From Octopus bimaculoides (Eukaryota), in contig NC_068983.1 of assembly GCF_001194135.2 (NCBI RefSeq), forward strand, positions 129,641,420-129,705,419: 64,000 nucleotides of DNA, given 5' to 3'. This document shows positions 52,779 through 64,000 of this stretch, one piece after another (position 1 is the stretch's first letter; every line of letters begins with the position of its first letter). A program made the position numbers and the translations under genes. The notes under the pieces are model-generated. The model was not told the origin of the DNA. It saw only the letters and a list, made by a program, of their open reading frames with translations, and searched no databases.

Positions 52779-54505
52779 NNNNNNNNNNNNNNNNNNNNNN
52801 NNNNNNNNNNNNNNNNNNNNNNNNNNNNNNNNNNNNNNNNNNNNNNNNNNNNNNNNNNNNNNNNNNNNNNNNNNNNNNNNNNNNNNNNNNNNNNNNNNNN
52901 NNNNNNNNNNNNNNNNNNNNNNNNNNNNNNNNNNNNNNNNNNNNNNNNNNNNNGTGTGTCTGTGCACGTGTGTGTGTGCGTGTGTGCATGTGTGTGTATG
53001 TATGTATTTATGTATAGAAAAATAATATTTGTTCCCTGTTACTACAGTAACTACTGAGTTATCAACCGTGATCATGTCATATTGATGGTGTTGCATAAAA
53101 GCACGCACACAGATAGTTTCAGACGAGAAGCGTTGATCACTCGCGCTAGAATCGGCATATCATGTGCTTTCGGTTTCCTGGAATTCACCACTGGGATGCG
53201 CATGTCACTGCATTCCAATAAAATCACGCTGCTACGATTGTTAGACTATCGGTATCCATTCAAACACTCATAACGCAAATTGGCTACAGGCTTATAAATT
53301 ATTAGCGACGGAGGATGTAGTAATACCGAAAGATAATCTCTATATACACATTAATATTGATAAATTGATAGATCATTCAGCACTGTGTTATACACCGTTA
53401 AATTGTTATATAAAGGCCCTTCCTTGGTGCATATAAGTGCACACAAAACGTATCAGACGAAACGTGTCTCATCTGCGCCGTAATTTTATGTATTTGCGAA
53501 TTTTAGATTAGTTACAACACATTTGTAATATATTTCATCTTCTAAAAGTAAATTCATTGATTTTACCGCAGAAAATATCCCCTATTATGGTAAAAATGTG
53601 TAAAAAGTTAAGTTCATATCTGCACGCTGCTGTTCCGAAATCCGGTTCCGAGACGGAGTGTTTCTAGCTGTTTAGCCGTTATCAACGGGAAATATCGATA
53701 TGACGTGATTCTGAACAGATTTCAAGCGGTAAACTTAGCTAACAATTTCAAATAACGTTGGCTTAGTTGCGTTATCTGACTGCATGCTGGGAAGGAATCA
53801 GCAGCATGGGCATTACCTAGTCATTAGGCAGGAGTGAACTTAGTTGAAATATGAGTGTGATATATTACGTTCTAAATTCAAATTCACTACATTTACCGCG
53901 TAGTGAAGTTCGCTATCATGATAGAAAGGTGTGAACATACATTATCTGCCCTGTAACACCTACTGTGGAATTCGCAGCTCTTGAGCTGTTATTGCTATGC
54001 ATGTATGTATGTATGTATGGATGGATGGATGGATGGATGAATGTATGTATGTATGTATGTATGTATATATGTATGTATGTATGAGTGCGAGTGTATGTAT
54101 ATATTCACACTTATATTTATATACAAATGCTGGGTTTTCTGGGCATGCTTGTATATGAATACATATGATAACATATATTAACGCTGTAGAAAAATGAATG
54201 TGTATGTATGCATGAGTGTTCTTACGTTTATATGATGATGTAAAATTGAGGAACGAAATACAAGCAATTTGCACTGCTATGTATTGTTATGCAAATTGCA
54301 AGATATTTCATCCTCATACACCATTTGAGTAAAAAATAATAACTGAATTTAGTAATATATTGCCAAATTTCAACAGTATTTTAACATACGTCTGCTTATT
54401 GTAAAGCTTATAAATTTGAATGTCAAAAGTTTAATAAAAAATATATGCGATGTCTGCTTCATTCTAGTACTTAGAATTGGTTCATATATATGAGACAAAA
54501 TGTTG

Positions 54506-54552
<47 letters not shown>

Positions 54553-57500
54553 NNNNNNNNNNNNNNNNNNNNNNNNNNNNNNNNNNNNNNNNNNNNNNNN
54601 NNNNNNNNNNNNNNNNNNNNNNNNNNNNNNNNNNNNNNNNNNNNNNNNNNNNNNNNNNNNNNNNNNNNNNNNNNNNNNNNNNNNNNNNNNNNNNNNNNNN
54701 NNNNNNNNNNNNNNNNNNNNNNNNNNNNNNNNNNNNNNNNNNNNNNNNNNNNNNNNNNNNNNNNNNNNNNNNNNNNNNNNNNNNNNNNNNNNNNNNNNNN
54801 NNNNNNNNNNNNNNNNNNNNNNNNNNNNNNNNNNNNNNNNNNNNNNNNNNNNNNNNNNNNNNNNNNNNNNNNNNNNNNNNNNNNNNNNNNNNNNNNNNNN
54901 NNNNNNNNNNNNNNNNNNNNNNNNNNNNNNNNNNNNNNNNNNNNNNNNNNNNNNNNNNNNNNNNNNNNNNNNNNNNNNNNNNNNNNNNNNNNNNNNNNNN
55001 NNNNNNNNNNNNNNNNNNNNNNNNNNNNNNNNNNNNNNNNNNNNNNNNNNNNNNNNNNNNNNNNNNNNNNNNNNNNNNNNNNNNNNNNNNNNNNNNNNNN
55101 NNNNNNNNNNNNNNNNNNNNNNNNNNNNNNNNNNNNNNNNNNNNNNNNNNNNNNNNNNNNNNNNNNNNNNNNNNNNNNNNNNNNNNNNNNNNNNNNNNNN
55201 NNNNNNNNNNNNNNNNNNNNNNNNNNNNNNNNNNNNNNNNNNNNNNNNNNNNNNNNNNNNNNNNNNNNNNNNNNNNNNNNNNNNNNNNNNNNNNNNNNNN
55301 NNNNNNNNNNNNNNNNNNNNNNNNNNNNNNNNNNNNNNNNNNNNNNNNNNNNNNNNNNNNNNNNNNNNNNNNNNNNNNNNNNNNNNNNNNNNNNNNNNNN
55401 NNNGCTGGTAATTGCATAAACAAGCCTGTGAATACATATAAGTATATAGAAACAAATGAGCAATTGAGAAAATTAGCAAATTGGCAAAAAAATAAATGGG
55501 TGTGCAGGAACTAGTACCCAAAATAAATATATATATATATTTTTTTAATCAGTTGGACATATTAATATAATTTTACTCAGATACTCGAATACAGCAAGAA
55601 GACTGTATTTACATCATAGCTTTTATTAGATTTTTGCCCCTTTAACTAGTACGTAACTTCTTGATTTGGGATCTTCCCCTACCCGGTCTCCTTTATAGGC
55701 AGTTACTTTATACTAAACTTGATATACTTAACTATTTGCTGTCAACGCCCTCCTGCCCTCCATTGTAAACAGACAGAGTCGTAGAGTCGTAGGTTTAGTA
55801 GTTGAAAAAAAGGCTAATAAATATAAAATGAACCACAATCCCTTAGCAACTATGACCCAAACAAACGTGATACAGTTCTTAGAAGTGTATTATATTCTTA
55901 GCAACATTAGTGGCAACATGGACTTTTTCAGTCTTGTTGCTGTATGGGAGCATTTGCGTAAAATTATGTTTGTGTCCAACTGATTAAAAATTCTATTTAT
56001 GTTTTTATGCAGCTGACAATACCCGTGCATTTAAATTGAGGTAATTATTGCATAGTTCAATTAAATAGAGTTGCTTGAAACGATCGTACAACATCACCTT
56101 TTGATATCCTGTTGTTTATTTAGATTTGATTAACCTTACTTTGAGTTCTTCGGATAATAACGCTCTGATTTGGTGCTTCAAATTAAGTAACTCATTCAAC
56201 TGAATCTCAATTATATATATATATATATATATATATATCTTCTGTACAGTTGTAATATGTAAATAAATGTTATTATAAATAAGAAGGCTCTATAATACTA
56301 ATTTCTATCAAAAATGATACCGAAGGATTTTCAATTGAATGATTTACGATTGTATATTATTTCTAATTCATTCAAAAACGTGTTCATAGATAACTTTCCA
56401 AAATCCTCGAACCTTTTAGGAAGAGGGCTGATGCGGAAACATTCTAATTTCGTGAGTTATTGCATTTGAGAAAGGTTCTTTGGAGAAGAGTAAATCTTAA
56501 TGTAAGTTATATATAATGAAACTATATTTATGCACTGATTACTGATAATAATTTTCGTAAATATTCTGTTTCTTCTATATATCCGACTAGATGTAATGAT
56601 ACGACCTGCTGCACAGAATCTTCGTTTCAATATGGAACTGACATTAGTACATGTCCTTTCCTTGAATTGTATTTGTATTTCGTAAAATTTTACATGGATA
56701 ATGTTATTGATCATATATCTATGTGTATATATATANNNNNNNNNNNNNNNNNNNNNNNNNNNNNNNNNNNNNNNNNNNNNNNNNNNNNNNNNNNNNNNNN
56801 NNNNNNNNNNNNNNNNNNNNNNNNNNNNNNNNNNNNNNNNNNNNNNNNNNNNNNNNNNNNNNNNNNNNNNNNNNNNNNNNNNNNNNNNNNNNNNNNNNNN
56901 NNNNNNNNNNNNNNNNNNNNNNNNNNNNNNNNNNNNNNNNNNNNNNNNNNNNNNNNNNNNNNNNNNNNNNNNNNNNNNNNNNNNNNNNNNNNNNNNNNNN
57001 NNNNNNNNNNNNNNNNNNNNNNNNNNNNNNNNNNNNNNNNNNNNNNNNNNNNNNNNNNNNNNNNNNNNNNNNNNNNNNNNNNNNNNNNNNNNNNNNNNNN
57101 NNNNNNNNNNNNNNNNNNNNNNNNNNNNNNNNNNNNNNNNNNNNNNNNNNNNNNNNNNNNNNNNNNNNNNNNNNNNNNNNNNNNNNNNNNNNNNNNNNNN
57201 NNNNNNNNNNNNNTATATATATACCAGAGTATTATGTTTTTGAAACATTTACGTTAAATCCACCAACCGTGTGAGATTGCTTATAGGGTGTTTTGCCCTT
57301 TAAGATATGACTGCATGATGTGGTGGATATTAAAACATATAAACACATTTTATAGAAATTGATGAATTATTAATTAGATATTTAATTATGACCAATGCAA
57401 ATTTAAATGCTATTTGACTGATATCGATATCTTCTTACTATTCATACAATGATATTAAACTCTAAATTAAAATAGTTTCATTGTTATATATTTATCTTCT

Positions 57501-57591
57501 GCCTGCATATGATACTAATATCAACATAATATATGTATGTGTGTGTGTGTGATTGGGTGTGTGTGTACATGTATTTGCGTTTGTTTGTGTG

Positions 57592-57628
<37 letters not shown>

Positions 57629-60036
57629 GTATAACTCTAGGTAATTATACGCTAAGAGGAAAAGCTCTAAGTGGTTTACTTGCATAGCTGAAAAAAGATG
57701 TCAGATGTTCATACCACGAAAAATATTTTCTCATACTTTGCACGTTGGGTGTAAGCGGGCAACATAATGTGAAGAAAATTTAGGGGACCAGTTATTTCTA
57801 TATCTTGAAGTTTTACCTTTGATAGTTAAACAATTATAAGTGGATCTTCAGTAGAAACTGCCGTATATGTATACTTACAAATCTCAAATACATATCCCAA
57901 AAGAACACACGTGAAAATCGAGTTCTATCGTTATACACCATGAATTCAGTTCCAATGTCTTCATACAACGCGCCAGGTGAAGATGGTGAACGTGACTGGC
58001 TAGTGAAGAGGAACTGCTATGTTCTTCATATTTAAATGAGTTTAAATGTGCAGAATATCGTTGTCTAAAATTAGCGATTGATCCCTTATAGTAGCTATTG
58101 AAGTTATTTAATATGTTGTGGACTGTACGTTGGTATACGTTCGCATTAATCTCTGGATATTTACACTATTAAAGCTATAAGCATACAGGGATTGTACTTA
58201 ACGACTTATGGACTAACAACTACATTATCGGAAATTTAAACGGTGATTTTTTTCTCCATTTCTTGTATATCCCTTTTTGCACATCCTCTATGTCATCGGT
58301 TCCTTAATCTATACCCTTCGCATTTTCCCTATTTATCGCCGATGATGGAATATCCCAAACTATGCGATATCCCAGAAAGAGCTGTAAGACTAAAATTTTC
58401 CAATAATATTAGCGTATATGACTTGTGTTTCTTTGTTTTGCTTGAGCGTTTGCACACGTGTAGGAATATATGAAGAATATGCACTGAGAATAGTCAAAAC
58501 ATGTTTTCTTCATACATTTAATACTTTAACTGCTTTCTCAATATAGACTAATTTTCAAAGTGTTTCAATAGAAAGAAGTTGTTTATGTTGCAGCTGTCTT
58601 GCTTCTAACTAGTGTTTCAAGCTTCCCCTATTGTATAGGGATCTCATGGCTCAAATGAGTATACGTTTTGAATAGGATTTGATTAGCAAAGGATAGTCAT
58701 ATGACAGGTATTAGAAATTTCCTCCGGCTCCCCGCTACATCCGTGTTTTAATATAAAGTCAAAATGTTTGGCGTTGTAACTTGAGCCTGACACAGTTGAC
58801 TGCGCTTGTCCAAATAATCAATATTCTGAATGATTTCTGTTATATATTTGCATGCACACCCACACATGCACAAAAGTATATATATATATATATATNNNNN
58901 NNNNNNNNNNNNNNNNNNNNNNNNNNNNNNNNNNNNNNNNNNNNNNNNNNNNNNNNNNNNNNNNNNNNNNNNNNNNNNNNNNNNNNNNNNNNNNNNNNNN
59001 NNNNNNNNTTCGTGGAGAGTGCGTTTGTATTGAATTTTAGAGATTGGGGAAAAATACAGTTTTCCCTTTCCGTCTTTAATTCAAATCCGCCCACCGCCAA
59101 CTTTCTCTCATTTCTTCTTTTTCTTCATCATGAATAAAATCATTACCAAAATCATCAATATCATTGTCTTAAATTTGATGATGCATAATGCAAATTTATC
59201 AAAAAAGAAATATTCAAATAGCCTCGTATATATTCCATAAAGGCATTTGAGTTAATCCAGTTCCGTCTTAAATCTTTGTAAAAAGCATCGCCTTCCATAG
59301 AAACCAATTAGTTTTTTAATTCACCATTTAGAGCTATTTTACTTTGGTTTAACGAATTATATAAGTCAAACAACAATAGTGAAATGTCGTATAGACAAGC
59401 ATATTGTCTCATAAACCGTTTGCGCATAGAATATATAAACAAAGTATTTGCTTTATATTTTAGGGTTCCATTATGTGGGACAAAATTTATTCTGGTAATT
59501 CTAGTTCCTGGAATAAATTACTGTTTCTCAGATCAATCTATTCCATTAATAATTTCATAGAAACCTTTTCATCTTTCAGAAATAAATATTCTATTTCCAA
59601 CAAAGAGTGGTTTTGAAACTCATCAATTTTTGACGTTGTGTTCACAATCGATCTTGAATATGATCACAACAAAATGCATTCTGTCATGTTAAGCATTACT
59701 AAATTTACTATTTCATACTTTGGTAATAGTTTTGTTTCGCTTTTTTAGTACGGAAATAACTACAAATATTTATATTCTTTTTATAACATTGCGGATATTT
59801 TTTTCTGTTGCTGGTGTCGATTTTAATTACGTTGTTTTATGATAATGGTGATAACGACGACGTTATGATTGTTTTTTAAGCAGTGGGGCAAGTTTGGTTG
59901 CATCTAAACAGAACGATTCTACTGGCGTTTCGCATTACGTCAGTTCTGGTCCAATGAACATAAAATAATAGGCGTGCTAGCCATGCCAATTGTAACAAGA
60001 ATGTATGCATTTACGCTGGAAGAGAGTCACAACAAC

Positions 60037-60086
60037 AGAGACAGAAAGAGAGATATAGAGACAGAAAGAGAGATATAGAGACAGAA
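60037..60086. repeat. 20-bp minisatellite, ~2.5 units
   Basis: agagacagaaagagagatat is repeated. Confidence 0.9.
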
Positions 60087-62029
60087 GAGAGGAAAAGACC
60101 GTGCGAGAAACAATAGCGATATTAGGCTGGTATATTTAAAACACATCTGTCGCAACTGATATAACATTTAAAGTTTCATTGTTACAGGTACCCCATAGAT
60201 CCCTTCCAACTGATATATTTTCGGTTGACCGTCCATACTGTGTACACAGGGTATATATGTACATGAGTGTGTGTGTATCAGTATATGCGTGTGTGTGTTT
60301 GTGTGTGAGAGTAGAAATAGGTTTCTATGTTATTTACTACTGAATGTCACTTCACTTATAAACCCAATGAGGCAGGATTTTGAAAATATTTTTGTGCTTT
60401 GTATTGTATGAATTACTGTTAAAGCAACTACACGCTCCAGATCATGTCGTACATATATCCCTGTTTTGGGGTACGACAAATCCCGAAAGCGGAGTTGCAA
60501 TAATTTGTTCAGACGAAGATGGAAGCATTAAGATTGCAAAATGTTTCTTAGTCTAAAGATTGTGCATGGATACGATTGGTTATTCTTTGAGCAGAATCTA
60601 CGTTTCTGAATGCAACTATTGAAGCAAACAATTTCAATATACACTGATCACTGCCAAGAAGAAATACTTAGCGTAAGAAAGCGGGCGAATATAGGAATTT
60701 CTGAACGAGATCCATTGAGATTTAATATATCTACAAAATAGACAATCACGACGAAGAATTAACTGTTGAATAAAATAGTTCCTTTATATCCTATTCTAGT
60801 GTTTGAAATTAATGTTATGGTGCTAAAAAGGTTCCTCTAAGTAAGCATATACGTGGCACAGTGGTTGCAAATTTAAAATGAAAACCCAGGACTATATTCA
60901 AAAACATAAATTTATATAATGATTTCATTTCATTTCACACTGTCTTAAATGAAATCAAAAAAGAATTTAATAATGCAAAATATACAAATTACACGGGTAA
61001 CCTTTTTTTGGTTCCGGACATCTTACTCTCTCTCTCCCACTCGCTTTCGTTCTCTCCCTGTCCACTTCGTCTTCCTCTCTCTCTGTATATATATATATAT
61101 NNNNNNNNNNNNNNNNNNNNNNNNNNNNNNNNNNNNNNNNNNNNNNNNNNNNNNNNNNNNNNNNNNNNNNNNNNNNNNNNNNNNNNNNNNNNNNNNNNNN
61201 NNNNNNNNNNNNNNNNNNNNNNNNNNNNNNNNNNNNNNNNNNNNNNNNNNNNNNNNNNNNNNNNNNNNNNNNNNNNNNNNNNNNNNNATATATTTGACAT
61301 CGAATAATATGTACATGAAAGTGTATGCGTCTCTGCATCACTATGTCTATAGATCTGAAAATGAAGTAGCTTTATTCGGTGTTATTCACAAAACAGTTTT
61401 TAATGAGCTTACAGAGACACACATGAGAATGACATTTTCGTTTGCAATTACCACATCCAAAAGCGCTGTGTGTAGGTCATCTCCTGATGCTCTCTGTTTT
61501 CATAGATTTTGCTTTTCTATAATAAGTCTTTGCTAGAGACATCTTAAAGTGTTGTCTGGCTCCAATCTCCAATGGTAGCAATTAACAACAAATCTTCGCA
61601 CATCTCGTTCATGTAGAAAAATATTATGTTCACTTGGCAAGCATTCTGAAACGAAGAGGAGTGGGGCAACTATTAGTTGTCTTGATGGAGCCTCATACTC
61701 AACTTACTTTGTTCTTACCAGCGGAGTATTCCTTATTGCAGCAGTTTAATAAAGCTGGGTAAATCAGTGCGAGTTTGCCATTGATGGTAACTTGTGAAGT
61801 TAATCTGACATTCAAAATGTTTTTCAGACTGAGTTGATGAAAGGATAATGATAAGATCTGAAGAAAGTATCTCGTCTAGAGTAGATCTTTCGTATTTCAC
61901 TTTCATTAAGAAGTGCATTGAGGACGCAAAAGTTGGCACACCATTTCAGCTTAGATTTCTATAAAACTATCGCTGTCAGATCAGCTACAATGGCGGCTAC
62001 ATTTCCGGAATATATATTGGAAATATATG

Positions 62030-62330
62030 TACCTGAGAGGTTGTTGTGATGGTGGAGCTAAAGTACACATCATCAATAGAATGCACGTATTGAGGCTCGA
62101 GCTCGGACAGTGATCAAACCCTTGCGCCAGTGAAATTGTTTGTCAGAAATCGTGAAAAGTGTCCGTGTGGGTTAACACCGTCAGTACTTATTTCAAATGT
62201 GTGCTTCAACGTGACAGTGTCGACATGATCCACACGACTGCAACTTCTGAACGATTCGAAAAGGAAACAACCAAAATGGATGACGACTTTCGCGATAATA
62301 TGAACTAAATGGTCAATCTAAATCAACTTT
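62030..62330 (+). mobile_element. Possible very decayed mariner transposase 5' region
   Basis: NARIEARARTVIKPL loosely resembles the mariner N-terminal (EQRAVIKF) pattern. There are many stops. Confidence 0.3.
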
Positions 62331-64000
62331 ATAACGAACGCAATCCTTCAATCGAAATTAGAACTCATCATCTCTATTCGCATGTTCGGAGGCATTTTGG
62401 AGAACAATGAAAACAATTTAGATTGGTTATCTCTGCTTTCTGGGTTTTTTTCTCATTGTGAAACGAATAATAGTATATCAAAAGTTGAGCGTTATGAGCC
62501 ACCGCTGCACTACGACTCGAGTGTAAACTTCCAGTGATTTTCTAGATTGCTTAGTATTATGATAAAAGAACGAAAACTTTCGCAACAATGACGCAGACAG
62601 GAAATTACTCTGCCAGCTTGTTTGAGTAATTGTAAAGTAGTTCTTAACTAAATTGTATTTCTCTTTTCGAAGCTGAATAGCATATACAAACCAAATTTAG
62701 TTTTCTTTTTTTTTTTCTGAGTGCTACTTGTCAATTTGATCTCCATTCTGTTCCAAGTACACTCAGAAAGCAAACTATGGATAACGCAACCATCAAAACA
62801 GTTTTTGTTCGGTGTTTTTTGCGTCTTCCCAAATCGTTGCCGGTTCTTGACTTGTACCACTAACGCTATTCTTTGAGTATCACTATAAAAATACGTAGTG
62901 ATGCGAAATCTGGTTAATGCAAAGTGTATTTTGGTGCACACTATTGTCTAATCTATTTGTACGGCACAATCTATTCAGAATAGAGCCACACATCACCCTG
63001 GTAATATTCCGGTATTTCAGGTTGCTGAAAATAAATTCCACATCTTCAAAAACTCCTTGGAAGTATGAAGTATGGTAGGACAGATTGTCGTCGAAAGTTC
63101 AAGCAAATGAGCAACATCCCGATACCGCCCAGAGAGAATGTGTCAATTAATTCTCTTGATAATACCACAATAATGCAGCTCTTAGTAAATTAACATGATA
63201 CTCCTCCGTAGATTTCACTTTCTGATGTCCCCAGAAAATGCAAATATGACGGATAAATGCGTCAATTACATAAAATCTTATCTCGTGATTAAAAAATCTG
63301 TTGTTTAAAAGTGAACCACTTCTAACAATTCTCTCAAATATCACTGGCAAAACTACATCTTAGGTCTAGATCACCCTCATCTGAGCATGGGCCCTCCTTG
63401 GAATACGACTCGCTCGATAACAGCACGCAAAATGTAAAGACCGACAGAAGTTTGAAACTCCTTTCGCACAACCCCCTTGCCGTTCTGATTTTCCTGAGCT
63501 CTGGCAATACAGATATGAAAACCTGTCTTTCTGCATTGCTCTTCTTCCGGTCATTCTGTAGAATTCCATCGTCTACAGATTCACCTTCAACGCAAGATAT
63601 GGCAATTGTTTCAGGTTCATCTGTTTGAAATTCAACTACTAAACAGTGCTCGCACATTCACTGGGTTTCCAATTTTCTAGTAGCATTTAAGGATATTTTT
63701 CGTTGTTCAAAATTTACTTTGGCTCCCGGCCTTATTTCTTAATGCGTGAATTCCAGCCATCAATTAGTTATTTGTTAGCAGTGAATACTGTATATATTTT
63801 ACGGAGGGTCACACTGAACGCGCGCGCACACACACACTCACACACATCCACACAAATAAACGTACACACGCGCTCACACACACATCATAAAGTGATGTGA
63901 TTAGCGTATGCACTTTTGAATCTGTGTGGCGGATGCTTATATAAGTCATCGTTTCGATTCCTGCTGCTCAACGAGTATACGACGATTTATCATGATTACA

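Noticed and set aside
53455-53485. Hammerhead-like word cagatgagac...gtc on the minus strand
   Set aside because: Both core motifs deviate from consensus, and there is no associated repeat copy.
56013-56040. 28-nt candidate microexon with a strong acceptor and a GTAATT donor
   Set aside because: It is frame-shifting, too short to assess, and has no partner exons.
59925-59995. CRE-like ttacgtca and two CCAAT words
   Set aside because: Short motifs expected by chance; no transcription start or downstream gene can be supported.

Overview
This is AT-rich, microsatellite-dense eukaryotic (animal) genomic DNA from a gapped draft assembly. The N-runs are almost all flanked by (AT)n or (CA)n tracts. 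The SINE and retroposon families look like those I recall from octopus, so a coleoid cephalopod is likely; this rests on recall, not a search. I can support no host protein-coding exon, tRNA, rRNA or CRISPR array. The long ORFs in the supplied track are artefacts of N-gaps and simple repeats. The recognisable content is decayed mobile DNA: (1) the 3' portion (~2.4 kb) of a Penelope-like element on the minus strand, with a readable GIY-YIG domain, a ~1.3 kb cryptic CA-rich tract and a terminal hammerhead-like motif; (2) two head-to-head copies of a second hammerhead-bearing terminal repeat around an (AAT)n core; (3) four plus-strand R4/Dong-like LINE remnants, two of which lie in a tandem duplication bounded by (GAA)n tracts with a later deletion; (4) an internally deleted Chapaev-like DNA transposon with both ends; (5) a mariner 3' end; (6) several SINEs, one with a perfect 18-bp TSD; (7) several unexplained direct and inverted duplications. 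All recognisable parts belong to known element classes. The most interesting aspects are the hammerhead architectures and the reconstructable duplication history; nothing here demonstrates a new biological system.
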